DNA from: Candidatus Berkelbacteria bacterium
GTDB lineage: Bacteria; Patescibacteriota; UBA1384; DTJR01
NCBI GenBank assembly: GCA_026397175.1
Contig: JAPLVK010000013.1
Location: 8,232-72,231 of the forward strand
Length of the DNA stretch: 64,000 nt
Direction: 5' to 3'
Shown: positions 40,572 to 50,960 of the stretch, in pieces
Numbering within the stretch: the stretch's first letter is position 1
Layout of the letters: each line of letters starts with the position of its first letter
Notes under the pieces: generated by a model
The model's input: the letters and a program-made list of their open reading frames with translations, nothing else
Database searches by the model: none
What the model was told of the DNA's origin: nothing
Translations under genes and position numbers: made by a program

Positions 40572-41385
40572 GAAACTTACTTCAGGAAAAATTTACGAGA
40601 CATTCGAGGATAGGCGCGGTCTTAAAAAAAAGGCCCCGATTAAATCATTGTCTAAAATTTTAAAAAACCATGCCGGACGCGATGATTTAGGGCATGTTAG
40701 CACAAGACATCAAGGTGGCAGATCCAAAAGAAAATTCCGTCAAATTTCAACATTGGATGAGTTTTTTCCAACAGATGCCGAGGTAATGTCAATCGAATAT
40801 GATCCGAATAGATCAGCGAATATTGCATTGGTAAAGTTGAAAAATGGAAAAAAAAGGTATATAATTGCCCCCGACAAGCTAAGGACTTCAGATGTAGTAA
40901 AATCAACTGATTCCTCGATGTTGAAAAATGGAGATAGGGCAAGGTTAAGGAATATTCCCACCGGATCATCTGTTCATAATATTCAAATGTATCCGGAGTC
41001 AAAGTCATCTTTTGCAAAAGCGGCGGGAACATATGCAACCCTGATGGCGATTGAAAATAAGTATGCGCTTTTAAAATTGCCGTCAGGTGAGTTAAGAAGG
41101 GTTAACGAAGAATGTTTCGCCAGTTGCGGGCAGGTTTCAAATATCGAACATGGCAATATAAGAATCGGAAAAGCAGGAAGATCAAGAAGAATGGGAATAA
41201 GACCATCGGTTAGAGGAAAAGCGATGTATCCCGAAGCCCATCCGCATGGTGGTGGAGAAGGTGTTAATCCGATCGGGCTAAAATATCCGAAGACACCATG
41301 GGGTAAAAACGCAATGGGTAAGAAAACCAGAAGAAATCGCCTAACCGGTAAGTTTATTATTAAAAAAGGCACAAAAAAGAGGTAA
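40555..41385 (+). CDS. rplB: 50S ribosomal protein L2
   Basis: [32 protein letters not shown]. Confidence 0.98.
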   Translation: MLKTVKKLTSGKIYETFEDRRGLKKKAPIKSLSKILKNHAGRDDLGHVSTRHQGGRSKRKFRQISTLDEFFPTDAEVMSIEYDPNRSANIALVKLKNGKKRYIIAPDKLRTSDVVKSTDSSMLKNGDRARLRNIPTGSSVHNIQMYPESKSSFAKAAGTYATLMAIENKYALLKLPSGELRRVNEECFASCGQVSNIEHGNIRIGKAGRSRRMGIRPSVRGKAMYPEAHPHGGGEGVNPIGLKYPKTPWGKNAMGKKTRRNRLTGKFIIKKGTKKR

Positions 41386-41387
41386 AA

Positions 41388-41738
41388 ATGTCAAGATCGC
41401 TAAAAAAAGAACCATTTGTTGACGCAAAGTTACTCGAAAAAATTAAAAAAATCGGGAAAAATTCCCCAATTAAAACCTGGGCAAGAGCGTCTATGATTAC
41501 ACCGGAAATGGTTGGTATTACATTTTTAGTTCATAACGGTAAAGAACATTTACAGGTTAAAGTAGTCGAGGAAATGGTGGGGCATCGTTTAGGAGAGTTT
41601 TCCCCGACCAGAAAATTCAAGAGGCATGGTGGAAGAATGGCCAAAGAGCAAGAGCAGGAACAATCATCAAAGACATCAAGTTCAGCACCTAGTGTCTCTG
41701 GAAATAATGGGGACAAAGATAAAAAGGAAAGTAAATGA
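41388..41738 (+). CDS. rpsS: 30S ribosomal protein S19 (C-terminally extended)
   Basis: [29 protein letters not shown]. Confidence 0.97.
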   Translation: MSRSLKKEPFVDAKLLEKIKKIGKNSPIKTWARASMITPEMVGITFLVHNGKEHLQVKVVEEMVGHRLGEFSPTRKFKRHGGRMAKEQEQEQSSKTSSSAPSVSGNNGDKDKKESK

Positions 41739-42148
41739 AGATAGTTACAGTTTCGCTTAGAGAACAATCAATAAGCCCCAAAAAAGCTCGTCTTGTAATG
41801 AATTATATTAAGAATACACCAGCAGAAAAGGGCTTAGTCATGTTGAAAAATTTAAACAAAAAAACCGCAAAGTTAGCTTATAATCTTTTAAAAAGTGGTG
41901 TTGATGCTGCGCAAAAAAAGGACTTTCAGCTTAATGATCTGGTTATAACCGAGTCGATTGCACAGGATGGAAGAAGGATGAAAAGATTTTACATAAGAGC
42001 GCGTGGCCGATCAGCTGTATTTCACAAAAGAACCGTTCACTTAAAAATATCCTTATCAAACAAAGCTGCACCCAAAATAGAAGAAAAAGCAAAAAAAGAT
42101 AATAGAAAAACGGATAAAATGAAAGAAAAAGGAATCACCAATGGGTAA
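41735..42148 (+). CDS. rplV: 50S ribosomal protein L22
   Basis: [14 protein letters not shown]....KRT.H. Confidence 0.95.
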   Translation: MKIVTVSLREQSISPKKARLVMNYIKNTPAEKGLVMLKNLNKKTAKLAYNLLKSGVDAAQKKDFQLNDLVITESIAQDGRRMKRFYIRARGRSAVFHKRTVHLKISLSNKAAPKIEEKAKKDNRKTDKMKEKGITNG

Positions 42149-42773
42149 AAAAATTAATCCAATCGTTTTTCGACTGGGGCTTTATAACAACTGGAAAAGC
42201 AGATGGTTTGCCAAGGGAAGTGATTTTGCTAGATTTTTGCTTGAGGATTATAATATCCGCGAGGCAATTAAATCGAAGATGGGGCCACAAGCCGCAATCT
42301 CTGAAATAATAATAGAAAGAGGAATCGGCCGACTGGATATTACTATTTTTACCGCCAGACCAGGTGTCTTAATCGGAAGGGGTGGAAAACAGCTCGAGAC
42401 ATTACGGGAGGAATTGGTTAAAATGATTGGGAAAAAGTTTAAACTTGAAATTGTAGAAGTTAAAAAGGCCGACTTAAACGCGTCTGTTGTTGCACAAACC
42501 ATCGGAATGCAAATATCAAAAAGAATGCCGTTTAGAAGGGCAGTAAAACAGGCATTGCAAAGATCGGTTGATGCGGGAGCAAAAGGAGTGATGATCAGAG
42601 TGGCCGGACGCCTTGATGGAGCAGAAATCTCGAGATCAGAGTCATACAAAAATGGTTCCATACCACTTTCAACTTTAAGGGCAGATATTGATTTCGCTGC
42701 ATATGGAGCAAAAACAACTTTCGGAATCATTGGAATAAAGGTCTGGATTAATCTTGGAGAAAAGGCGAAATAA
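42141..42773 (+). CDS. rpsC: 30S ribosomal protein S3
   Basis: MGKKINP..FRLG, RPG.LIG.GG, GRL.GAEI.R.E, G.IGIKVWI. Confidence 0.98.
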   Translation: MGKKINPIVFRLGLYNNWKSRWFAKGSDFARFLLEDYNIREAIKSKMGPQAAISEIIIERGIGRLDITIFTARPGVLIGRGGKQLETLREELVKMIGKKFKLEIVEVKKADLNASVVAQTIGMQISKRMPFRRAVKQALQRSVDAGAKGVMIRVAGRLDGAEISRSESYKNGSIPLSTLRADIDFAAYGAKTTFGIIGIKVWINLGEKAK

Positions 42774-43180
42774 TGCTGATCCCAAGAAAACTCAAACACA
42801 GAAAACACTTTAGAGGTAAAATGCCCGGCGTTGATGTAAAAGGCAGCAATATTAATTTTGGAAGATTTGCCCTGAAAAGTTTAGAGAGAAATTGGCTCAC
42901 TTCAAGACAGATAGAGGCCGCAAGACGCGCAATGACGAGATATTGCAAGCGAGGGGGGAAAATCTGGGTTAGGGTTTTTCCGGACAGAGTCGTTACGCAA
43001 ACAGCAAATGAAGTCGGAATGGGTGGAGGCAAGGGTGCACCCGATCATTTCGTTGCGGTGGTTCGACCCGGCAGAATAATTTTTGAAATGGACGGGGTAA
43101 CCAGAGAAGTCGCTGACGAGGCAATGAAATTAGGTGCAAGCAAGCTTCCGGTTAAAACAATATTTTTAGAAAAGAATTAA
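42773..43180 (+). CDS. rplP: 50S ribosomal protein L16
   Basis: [20 protein letters not shown]. Confidence 0.98.
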   Translation: MLIPRKLKHRKHFRGKMPGVDVKGSNINFGRFALKSLERNWLTSRQIEAARRAMTRYCKRGGKIWVRVFPDRVVTQTANEVGMGGGKGAPDHFVAVVRPGRIIFEMDGVTREVADEAMKLGASKLPVKTIFLEKN

Positions 43181-43181
43181 A

Positions 43182-43415
43182 ATGAAAAAAACCGAATTGG
43201 AAACAATCAGGAAAATGAACATACCCGATATATCTTTAGATAGATCAAGGTTGTTTAATGATCTTATAAACGAAAAAGCAAAAATCGCGCAAAGCGGTCA
43301 AAAAAATTCAAAAACAATTCGCGATTTAAAAAAGAAAATTGCATGGGAAGAAACAGTAATGTTCGAGAAAGTTACGGAAGAATCGTTAAAACAAGAGGTA
43401 AAACATGTCAAGTAA
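43182..43415 (+). CDS. rpmC: 50S ribosomal protein L29
   Basis: Position between rplP and rpsQ; IR.LKK.IA...T helix. Confidence 0.82.
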   Translation: MKKTELETIRKMNIPDISLDRSRLFNDLINEKAKIAQSGQKNSKTIRDLKKKIAWEETVMFEKVTEESLKQEVKHVK

Positions 43416-43644
43416 AAAAATTATTGGAAGTGTTGTTTCAAAGTTCGATAAAACAATTGTGATTTTAAATCAATTTACTTCGAAGCATCCGAAATATCAA
43501 AAAATAGTTAAAATTAACAAGAAGTTTATGGCTCACAATGAAAATTTTGAGATCAATATTGGAGATAGTGTCGAAATTACCGAGACAAGTCCAATTTCAA
43601 AAAGAAAAACATGGAAAGTCAGTAAAATAATTCCTCAAAAATGA
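43405..43644 (+). CDS. rpsQ: 30S ribosomal protein S17
   Basis: G.VVS..DKTIV, HPKY.K, GD.V.I.ET.PISKRK.W. Confidence 0.95.
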   Translation: MSSKKIIGSVVSKFDKTIVILNQFTSKHPKYQKIVKINKKFMAHNENFEINIGDSVEITETSPISKRKTWKVSKIIPQK

Positions 43645-44009
43645 TACAACAAATAACAAGATTAAAAGTTGCTGACAATACCGGTGCCAAAGAAGTTGGG
43701 TGCATCCGGGTTATTGGAAGATCCAAAAAAACAACTGCAGGAGTTGGAGATATCGTTGTTGTGTCTGTTAAAACAGCTACTCCGAGAGGAATTGTTAAAA
43801 AGAAGGAAGTGCATAGAGCGGTTGTAGTAAGGCAAAAAAAGAATCTTAGGAGAAAAGATGGATCAACCGTGAGGTTTGACGAAAATGCGGTTGTTTTGAT
43901 AAACACCGATAAAACACCCAAAGGAACAAGAATTTTCGGGCCTATTGCCAGAGAATTACGGGATTTGGGTTATATGAAAATAATTTCGATGGCTCAAGAG
44001 GTATTATAA
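43641..44009 (+). CDS. rplN: 50S ribosomal protein L14
   Basis: [27 protein letters not shown]. Confidence 0.98.
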   Translation: MIQQITRLKVADNTGAKEVGCIRVIGRSKKTTAGVGDIVVVSVKTATPRGIVKKKEVHRAVVVRQKKNLRRKDGSTVRFDENAVVLINTDKTPKGTRIFGPIARELRDLGYMKIISMAQEVL

Positions 44010-44010
44010 A

Positions 44011-44337
44011 ATGAAAAAATTTAAAATCAAAAAGGGAGACACTGTATTGGTGGGGACCGGTAAAGAACGAGGAAAAACCGGTAAGGTTGTTACGATTTTA
44101 ACAAAATCCGATCGCGCGATCGTGGAGGGTTTAAATATTTATAAGAAACACGCAAAACCATCCAAGAAATATCCACAAGGTGGAATTATGGATGTTAATT
44201 CCCCCATAAAAATCGATAACTTGACTGTTATTTGCCCGGGTTGCAAAAAAGCATCAAGAATAAAGATGAAAAACACCGGTCGTGAAAAAAGAAGAGTTTG
44301 CGTAAAATGCGGAGAGGTATCAGATGCGACTTTGTGA
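44011..44337 (+). CDS. rplX: 50S ribosomal protein L24
   Basis: IKKGD.V.V..GK.RGK.GKV KOW motif. Confidence 0.96.
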   Translation: MKKFKIKKGDTVLVGTGKERGKTGKVVTILTKSDRAIVEGLNIYKKHAKPSKKYPQGGIMDVNSPIKIDNLTVICPGCKKASRIKMKNTGREKRRVCVKCGEVSDATL

Positions 44338-44857
44338 AAAAATACAAAAAAATATTTTACCGGCCCTTGGAAAAGATAAGGGAACTTCGATAATGGCTTT
44401 GCCCCATTTGGACAAGATAATTGTTACTGTTGGCATCGGACCATATAGAGAGCAAAAAGATGTTATCGAAATAATCAAAAAAGAATTATCTGCTGTGACC
44501 GGACAAATTCCAAAATTTTCATGTGCCAAAAAATCGATTTCAGGGTTTAAACTTAGGGAGGGTCAAACAGTGGGTTTTGTCGTCACCTTAAGGGGACAGA
44601 AAATGTGGGATTTTGTCGAAAAAATTATTATGGTTGTTCTGCCCAGAATGCGTGACTTTGATGGAATCAAAATAACAAGTTTTGACAAAAATAATAATTT
44701 GACATTTTCCATCAGAGAGCAGTTAATGTTTCCTGAAATCAAGGCCGATGATGTCAAAAATATTTGGGGAATGGGTATTACACTTTCGATCAAGAACGCC
44801 AGCGATAAGGACTTGACGATTGAATACCTTAAACAAATCGGATTTATTTTTAAATAG
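44324..44857 (+). CDS. rplE: 50S ribosomal protein L5
   Basis: TGQ.P....AKKSI.GFKLREG, VTLRG, LPR.RDF.G. Confidence 0.96.
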   Translation: MRLCEKIQKNILPALGKDKGTSIMALPHLDKIIVTVGIGPYREQKDVIEIIKKELSAVTGQIPKFSCAKKSISGFKLREGQTVGFVVTLRGQKMWDFVEKIIMVVLPRMRDFDGIKITSFDKNNNLTFSIREQLMFPEIKADDVKNIWGMGITLSIKNASDKDLTIEYLKQIGFIFK

Positions 44858-44864
44858 GAGATTT

Positions 44865-45050
44865 ATGGCGAGAAAAGCATTAATAGAAAAAGCAAAAAGG
44901 AAACCCAAATTTTCTTCAAGAAAAATAAGAAGATGTGGAAAATGCGGTCGTCCAAGAGGGTTTATCCGAGAATTTGGGATTTGCAGGATTTGTTTTAGGG
45001 AGTTAGCCAATAAAGGTGAGATTCCAGGTGTAATAAAATCTTCATGGTGA
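44865..45050 (+). CDS. rpsN: 30S ribosomal protein S14 (zinc-binding type Z)
   Basis: MARKA...RCGKCGR.RG..R.FG.CR.CFRE.A..G.IPGV.KSSW; ATG at 44865. Confidence 0.96.
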   Translation: MARKALIEKAKRKPKFSSRKIRRCGKCGRPRGFIREFGICRICFRELANKGEIPGVIKSSW

Positions 45051-45054
45051 TATT

Positions 45055-45432
45055 ATGACAGATACAATTTCGGATTTAATAATTAGGGTCTCAAATGCTA
45101 GGATGGCAGGCCTAAAGTCAGTTTATATTCCTTATTCAACGGCAAAAGAGGCCTTGCTTAAGGTTTTGAAATCGGAAGGATATGTTGGGAATATCGTTTG
45201 CGACAAAGAAAAAAGATCAATTATTGTCGATTTATCGGAGACCCCCAAAATATTCGAGAAGATAAAGAGAGTTAGCAAGCCCGGGAAAAGAGTTTATGTC
45301 AAAAACCGAAATATTCCAAGGCCCAAGGGTGGTTTTGGCATAGTTATTCTTTCAACGCCATTGGGCATTTTAAGCGGTAACAAAGCAAGACGGATCGGTG
45401 TTGGTGGAGAAATAATTTGCGAGGTATTTTAA
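45055..45432 (+). CDS. rpsH: 30S ribosomal protein S8
   Basis: TD.ISD...R..NA, RVSKPG.RVY, LSTP.G, GGEIIC. Confidence 0.97.
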   Translation: MTDTISDLIIRVSNARMAGLKSVYIPYSTAKEALLKVLKSEGYVGNIVCDKEKRSIIVDLSETPKIFEKIKRVSKPGKRVYVKNRNIPRPKGGFGIVILSTPLGILSGNKARRIGVGGEIICEVF

Positions 45433-45983
45433 TGAGCAGAATAGGAAGCAAAATAATTGTGATTCCGGAAGATGTTAAGGTCTCGCAAAACGAGCACTCT
45501 GTTTGCGTGGAACATAATTCAAACAAGATGGTTGTTGAAATTCATCCTTTCGTTGAGGTTAAAATTGATGGTAGCACAGTCAGTGTTACAAGAAAAAACG
45601 ACAGTCCACTAGCTAGGTCTCTACATGGTTTAACCAGAACCCTAATAAATAATGCGATTGTTGGCCTAAAGGATGGATTTGAAAAAAAACTGGAAATTAT
45701 TGGAGTTGGCTATCGCGCAAATGTCGAGGGAGATGTTTTAAATTTAAAAGTGGGATTTTCACACGAGATAAAGATATCAGCCCCCCAAGGAATTGTATTT
45801 GAAGTTAAGAAAAACACAATTATTATAAAGGGATACGACAAACAACTCGTTGGTCAAATGGCAGCTCAAATACGCGATGAAAAAAAACCTGAACCGTATA
45901 AAGGAAAGGGTATAAAATACGAAGGGGAGAAGATAATTAGAAAAATTGGAAAAGCCGTTAAAGGATCAACCACAGGAGCTTAA
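45432..45983 (+). CDS. rplF: 50S ribosomal protein L6
   Basis: MSRIG, GVGYRA, PEPYKGKGIKY; ATG at 45432. Confidence 0.97.
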   Translation: MSRIGSKIIVIPEDVKVSQNEHSVCVEHNSNKMVVEIHPFVEVKIDGSTVSVTRKNDSPLARSLHGLTRTLINNAIVGLKDGFEKKLEIIGVGYRANVEGDVLNLKVGFSHEIKISAPQGIVFEVKKNTIIIKGYDKQLVGQMAAQIRDEKKPEPYKGKGIKYEGEKIIRKIGKAVKGSTTGA

Positions 45984-46259
45984 ATGAAAGATGAAAGAGC
46001 AAAACTAAAAGTTATGAGATCATTAAATGGGATTAACGCCCAGCTGATTTATGATAGCAAAACAGTTGTTGGGCGATATTTTAAGAATAAAAAAGGTGAA
46101 AAGCCGTCCGATCAATCGTTTAAATTTGGCGAAACATTTGGTGAGTTGATTCAAAAAAATGATTTTAATAAAATTTCCTTTGATCGCGGAAAATCACATT
46201 ACCATGGTCGGGTAAAAATGTTTGCAGAAGGATTAAGAAAATCCGGAATTCAATTTTGA
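45984..46259 (+). CDS. rplR: 50S ribosomal protein L18 (N-terminally shortened)
   Basis: L.V.RS...I.AQLI and FDRG...YHGRVK..AE..R..G..F. Confidence 0.9.
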   Translation: MKDERAKLKVMRSLNGINAQLIYDSKTVVGRYFKNKKGEKPSDQSFKFGETFGELIQKNDFNKISFDRGKSHYHGRVKMFAEGLRKSGIQF

Positions 46260-46266
46260 GGTAAAA

Positions 46267-46719
46267 ATGAAAGAAATAAGAGACAAAACATACGAAGAAA
46301 AAGTTGTTGAGATAAAGAGAGTTAGCCGTACCGTAAAGGGCGGTAAAAGAATTAGTTTCAGGGCTTTGGTTATTGTTGGTGACAAAAACGGAAAAGTTGG
46401 GCTTGGTACGGGAAAAGCGGCAGAGGTCTCGGTTGCTATAAAAAAAGCGAACAATCAAGCCAGAAAAAAACTTCATCTGATAAGAATTAACGAGAAAGGC
46501 ACAATTCTTAAAGAGGTTTTGTATAGATATGGTTCGACCAAAATTATTTTAAGGCCGGCACCCGAAGGCACTTCAATTATTGCTGGCGGAGTAATCAGGA
46601 CTGTAGCCGAACTAGCGGGTGTAAAAAATCTTGTTACAAAATCAATCGGTTCAAACAATAAACTAAATATGGCAAAAGCGGCTATATTCGGACTCTTAAA
46701 GGCAGGCGAAAATGTCTAA
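46267..46719 (+). CDS. rpsE: 30S ribosomal protein S5
   Basis: RV..TVKGG.R..F.AL..VGD..G.VG.G.GKA.EV. Confidence 0.97.
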   Translation: MKEIRDKTYEEKVVEIKRVSRTVKGGKRISFRALVIVGDKNGKVGLGTGKAAEVSVAIKKANNQARKKLHLIRINEKGTILKEVLYRYGSTKIILRPAPEGTSIIAGGVIRTVAELAGVKNLVTKSIGSNNKLNMAKAAIFGLLKAGENV

Positions 46720-47122
46720 AATAATTTTGACAAAAATCATTACAAGTAAAAAAAGGGTCGGTAGGGGACCCGGGTCGGGAAAAGGGAAAACTTCAGGCCG
46801 AGGAATGAATGGTCAAAAATGCAGAACCGGGGCGTCAACATTGTTTAAAGAAGGCGGCCAAACAAGTTTTATTATGCGATTACCCAAGGCCCGGGGCTTT
46901 AAGCCATCACATAACGATCGATTAGTTGTAAGCGAAAACCAACTTAAGAAATTATTTAAAAGTGGAGAAACGGTAAGCAAGGGAGATGTTCTCGAGAGAA
47001 TGAAATTAACTGAAAAATTTAAAGAAATTAAAATTATCTCATCCGGTAATGAGCAGATTGATTTTAAATTTTCTGATGATATTATTTTGAGCAAAGGTGT
47101 TTTGGAAAAAATTAAAAAATAA
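46712..47122 (+). CDS. rplO: 50S ribosomal protein L15
   Basis: [24 protein letters not shown]....RLPK.RGF. Confidence 0.95.
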   Translation: MSKIILTKIITSKKRVGRGPGSGKGKTSGRGMNGQKCRTGASTLFKEGGQTSFIMRLPKARGFKPSHNDRLVVSENQLKKLFKSGETVSKGDVLERMKLTEKFKEIKIISSGNEQIDFKFSDDIILSKGVLEKIKK

Positions 47123-48402
47123 TGACATCTCAAGCGAATATCTTAAAAAGGATATTTACCCTAAAAGATCTACGAGATAAGCTAATCTTTACTGCTATTA
47201 TTATTTTAATTTACCGTCTGTTGGCCCATATCCCTTTGCCCGGTGTAGATACAACCGGACTTAGCAACTTTTTCCAGAGCAATCAGGTCTTGGGAATGCT
47301 GGACATGTTTTCGGGTGGTTCTATCTCGAGATTTTCCCTTGTAATGCTTGGGGTCGGTCCATATATAACGGCCTCTATCGTAATTCAACTTTTAACGGTT
47401 GCCGTTCCGGCACTTGAAGAACTTCAGAAAGAAGGGGAATACGGAAAACAAAAAATCAATCAATACACACGGTATTTGTCAGTTCCACTAGCCATCATTG
47501 AGTCATTTGGGCTAATTCGTGTTTTGCAAAGTCAAAATGTAATCGGGCAATTAGATCCTTTAAATATGGCCTTGATTATTTTTACGGCAACAGCTGGCAC
47601 GGTTCTGGCAATGTGGCTTGGGGAGCTTTTATCCGAAAGAGGAATTGGTAACGGATTGTCACTTATAATTGCGGTGGGTATTATATCCGGTCTTCCCTCG
47701 CAAATTGCAGCAACAGCGCAAGTCGTTCAAAGCAGGGTCTTTGTTGGACTGGAGATGGCCGTTGCGTTTACTTTGATGATTGCATTTATTGTATTTGTAA
47801 ATGAGGGAGAAAGACGACTTCCGGTGAGTTATGCAAGAAGAATCAGGGCCGGAAGGTCACTTGGAACAATCGATTCATTTCTACCTATCAAGGCAAATGC
47901 GGCCGGCGTTATTCCAATCATATTTGCAACAAGTATTTTAGTCGTGCCGGGCGTGATTGCTCAATTTTTACAATCATCCGGCTCCGAGAAAATCAAGGCG
48001 TTTGCGACCTCTATGTCTCAATTTTTATCAAACGAAATCATCTACGGAGTAATTTTCTTTTTACTGGTTTTTTTCTTTACCTTTTTTTATACATCGATAA
48101 TTTTTCAACCAAAACAAATTGCCGAAAATTTACAAAAACAAGGTGGATTTATCCCCGGGATAAGGCCAGGCACCCAGACATCCGATCACTTGAGAAGTGT
48201 CATTTACAAAATTACATTTGCGGGTGCTTTCTTTCTTGCGGTCATCGCATTGTTCCCGTTTGTTTTGCAAAATGCAACCGGGATTAGGACACTCGCTATC
48301 GGAGGAACTGGAATTTTGATTATTGTTTCCGTAACTTTGGAATTTGTCAGACAAGTGAAAGCACAATTGGCAATGCGATCTTACGACGATATCATTAAAT
48401 AA
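47122..48402 (+). CDS. secY: Preprotein translocase SecY
   Basis: LGVGPYITASI..QLL, GIGNG.SL.I, GVIP.IFA, GGFIPGIRPG, GGT..LI.V.V. Confidence 0.98.
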   Translation: MTSQANILKRIFTLKDLRDKLIFTAIIILIYRLLAHIPLPGVDTTGLSNFFQSNQVLGMLDMFSGGSISRFSLVMLGVGPYITASIVIQLLTVAVPALEELQKEGEYGKQKINQYTRYLSVPLAIIESFGLIRVLQSQNVIGQLDPLNMALIIFTATAGTVLAMWLGELLSERGIGNGLSLIIAVGIISGLPSQIAATAQVVQSRVFVGLEMAVAFTLMIAFIVFVNEGERRLPVSYARRIRAGRSLGTIDSFLPIKANAAGVIPIIFATSILVVPGVIAQFLQSSGSEKIKAFATSMSQFLSNEIIYGVIFFLLVFFFTFFYTSIIFQPKQIAENLQKQGGFIPGIRPGTQTSDHLRSVIYKITFAGAFFLAVIALFPFVLQNATGIRTLAIGGTGILIIVSVTLEFVRQVKAQLAMRSYDDIIK

Positions 48403-48404
48403 AA

Positions 48405-49154
48405 ATGATTACGATAAAGGATAAAAACGCAATAAGAGCAATGATTAAAGGCGGATCTATCGCAGCGTTTGTTTTGAGTCAAATTGAAAAGCAAGCCAAA
48501 CCTTCAGTTAAAACCATCGAACTCGACCAAATTGCGAGAAGGATTATCGCGGCCAGAGGCGCCGAACCTGCATTTTTAAACTACAATGGATTTCCGGGGG
48601 CAACTTGCATTTCAATTAATGACGAGGTAGTTCACGGAATTCCCGGACAACGCAAGCTGAAGAAAGGGGACTTGGTAAAAATTGACCTTGGCGTAAAGTT
48701 TGATGGATATAATACCGATACTGCAAAGTCATTTGTTGTGGGTAAACCAAACAATGACCAGCAAAACATCATAAGTGGGGTCTTGGAGGCATTGAATAAA
48801 ACCATACAGATCGCCAAGGATGGAGTTTATGTCGGTGATCTTGAAAATATGACAGGGACTGTTTTAAAATCATACAATCTTTCGCCGGTTATGCAATTGT
48901 CGGGGCATGGAATTGGAGAAAAACTCCATGAAGACCCGTCAATTAAAAGTGATGGCATTACGGGGAAAGGATCAATTTTAAAAGAAGGCATGGCCTTAGC
49001 GATTGAACCGATGGCGACATCCGGTATGCGAAAGGTTTATACCGCCAAGGATGGCTGGACAATCTTAAGCCAAGACGGATCGCTGGCCGCTCATTTCGAG
49101 CATACGATTTTAATTACGAAAGGACGCGCCAAAATATTGACACAATTAAGATAA
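48405..49154 (+). CDS. map: Methionine aminopeptidase type I
   Basis: C.S.NDEVVHGIP, D.G...DG..TD, GHGIG..LHEDP, IEPM, AHFEHT. Confidence 0.96.
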   Translation: MITIKDKNAIRAMIKGGSIAAFVLSQIEKQAKPSVKTIELDQIARRIIAARGAEPAFLNYNGFPGATCISINDEVVHGIPGQRKLKKGDLVKIDLGVKFDGYNTDTAKSFVVGKPNNDQQNIISGVLEALNKTIQIAKDGVYVGDLENMTGTVLKSYNLSPVMQLSGHGIGEKLHEDPSIKSDGITGKGSILKEGMALAIEPMATSGMRKVYTAKDGWTILSQDGSLAAHFEHTILITKGRAKILTQLR

Positions 49155-49165
49155 AATGGTAATAT
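49137..49165 (+). promoter_or_regulatory. Internal promoter upstream of infA and the alpha operon
   Basis: TTGACA-17 bp-TAATAT with an extended TG. Confidence 0.6.
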
Positions 49166-49201
49166 ATTTTTGTATCAATGTTATGATTGTGTAAGGGAAG
49201 A

Positions 49202-49450
49202 ATGCCGGACAAAGAAGTTATCGAAGTTGAAGGGGAAGTTAATGAGGCATTACCCAATGCTCTTTTTAAAATTTCGCTCGACTCCGGACAAGAAATATTG
49301 GGCCACTTAAGTGGAAAAATGAGAATTCACTACATTCGTCTTGTACCGGGGGATAGAGTGATTGTTGAATTTACCCCCTACGATTTAACAAAAGGAAGAA
49401 TAATTAAACGATTAGATCGAAATAGAAATGAAAGTAAGACCGTCAGTTAA
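49202..49450 (+). CDS. infA: Translation initiation factor IF-1
   Basis: E.EG.V.EALPNA.F, SGKMR..YIR...GD.V.VE..PYDL.KGRI; ATG at 49202. Confidence 0.97.
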   Translation: MPDKEVIEVEGEVNEALPNALFKISLDSGQEILGHLSGKMRIHYIRLVPGDRVIVEFTPYDLTKGRIIKRLDRNRNESKTVS

Positions 49451-49556
49451 AAAAATTTGTAATAAATGCAAGATCGTAAGACGTCGAGGGAAAAAATCGC
49501 CGACAAAAATTTATGTTGTTTGCGAGAACCCTAGACACAAACAAAGGCAAGGTTAA
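49428..49556 (+). CDS. rpmJ: 50S ribosomal protein L36
   Basis: Manual translation [42 protein letters not shown]; below the ORF-track cutoff. Confidence 0.95.
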   Translation: MKVRPSVKKICNKCKIVRRRGKKSPTKIYVVCENPRHKQRQG

Positions 49557-49557
49557 A

Positions 49558-49944
49558 ATGATAAGAATCGCCGGAGTTATGCTCCCAGAAAATAAACATT
49601 CCGTTATTGCTCTAACCTATATCGAGGGGATCGGGCTTTCGACTGCCAAAAAGATTTTAAAAACGGTTGGTGTTAGAGAGGATCAACGATTAAATAAAGT
49701 TGATCAGTTAAAAATTGAGCAAATAAGACAGATAGTTGAAAAACAGAATGTTGTTGAGGGCGATTTAAGGGTAGAGATTTCAAATAATATAAAACGACTA
49801 AAACTGATCAATGCATACAGGGGCTTGAGACACACCAAGAATTTACCGGTTAGAGGGCAGCGTACCAAAACAAATGCTCGTACAAAAAGAGGCAAAAAAA
49901 TTACAGTTGGATCTGGAAGAAAGAAAGCGGCAGAGAAAACATAA
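49558..49944 (+). CDS. rpsM: 30S ribosomal protein S13
   Basis: RIAGV.LP..K, YRG.RH...LPVRGQRTKTNART; ATG at 49558. Confidence 0.97.
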   Translation: MIRIAGVMLPENKHSVIALTYIEGIGLSTAKKILKTVGVREDQRLNKVDQLKIEQIRQIVEKQNVVEGDLRVEISNNIKRLKLINAYRGLRHTKNLPVRGQRTKTNARTKRGKKITVGSGRKKAAEKT

Positions 49945-49957
49945 TCTTTGAATAACC

Positions 49958-50350
49958 ATGGTCAAAAAAAGTGTAAAATCAACAAAAAAGAAACAAATAA
50001 AGATTGTACCAAAAGCAGTTGTACATATCAATTCATCTTTTAATAATACCCTTATTTGCGCTGCGGACGAAAATGGAAATGTCTTTGCATGGTCTTCAAC
50101 CGGAAGGGCCGGGTTTAAGGGTACAAAAAAGTCAACACCTTTTGCTTCAACCCAAGCCGCAAAATTAATTATTGAAAAAATGCAGGAATCCCAGGTAGCA
50201 GAAATTCAGCTTTTTGTTGCGGGAGTCAGCTCCGGACGCGATGCGGCAATCCGTGCCTTTGGCCAAGCTGGATTTAGGGTAAGTAAAATAAAAGATATTA
50301 CACCACTACCGCACAACGGATGCAGACCAAAAAAACCGAGGAGGGTCTAA
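49958..50350 (+). CDS. rpsK: 30S ribosomal protein S11
   Basis: SFNNT, GFKG.KKSTPFA, D.TP.PHNGCRP.K.RRV. Confidence 0.97.
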   Translation: MVKKSVKSTKKKQIKIVPKAVVHINSSFNNTLICAADENGNVFAWSSTGRAGFKGTKKSTPFASTQAAKLIIEKMQESQVAEIQLFVAGVSSGRDAAIRAFGQAGFRVSKIKDITPLPHNGCRPKKPRRV

Positions 50351-50947
50351 ATGAAAAAACATTCAAATTGCAGAATATGTCGACGAGTAGGAGAAAAATT
50401 ATTTTTAAAAGGCGAAAAATGTAATTTGCCAAATTGTCCTGTTGCCAAGAGAAGCTATGCGCCAGGACAAACTGGGGCAAAACGAAATACAAGACGAGGA
50501 TCAGATTATTCCGTTCAACTTTTAGAGAAACAAAAGGCAAGAGCAATCTACGGCGTTTCGGAAAAACAAATGGCCAATTATTTTCACGAGGCAAGAAAAA
50601 CCAAAAGTGCAACCGGGGAAACATTAATGAAAATGCTTGAATCACGACTTGATAATGTTGTTTATCGATTAGGTTGGGCCGAATCAAGAGATCAGGCCAG
50701 ACAATTGGTTTCCCATGGAAAAATTTTACTAAACGATAAAAAAGTTAAAATTGCTTCCTTGCAAGTTAAAATTTCAGATAAAATTAGGACTTTAGCAAGG
50801 GACTATAATGAGAATAAACAAGAAATACCAAACTGGCTCAAAAAAGAAAAAAATAGTAGCGAGGGCGAGGTTATCGGGGAAGCAAAACTTGACGACACGG
50901 GTTACGCTATTAACGAGCAACTAATAATTGAATATTATTCAAGATAA
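50351..50947 (+). CDS. rpsD: 30S ribosomal protein S4
   Basis: CR.CRR.G.KL.LKG.KC, QL.EKQK, LE.RLDNVVYRLG, EYYSR. Confidence 0.97.
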   Translation: MKKHSNCRICRRVGEKLFLKGEKCNLPNCPVAKRSYAPGQTGAKRNTRRGSDYSVQLLEKQKARAIYGVSEKQMANYFHEARKTKSATGETLMKMLESRLDNVVYRLGWAESRDQARQLVSHGKILLNDKKVKIASLQVKISDKIRTLARDYNENKQEIPNWLKKEKNSSEGEVIGEAKLDDTGYAINEQLIIEYYSR

Positions 50948-50960
50948 AATAGGAGACAAA

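Noticed and set aside
34223-46259. Stop-codon reassignment (UGA=Gly, code 25, as in Gracilibacteria/Absconditabacteria)
   Set aside because: rpsL, rpsN and rplR end at TGA in the expected places, and long genes are uninterrupted under code 11.
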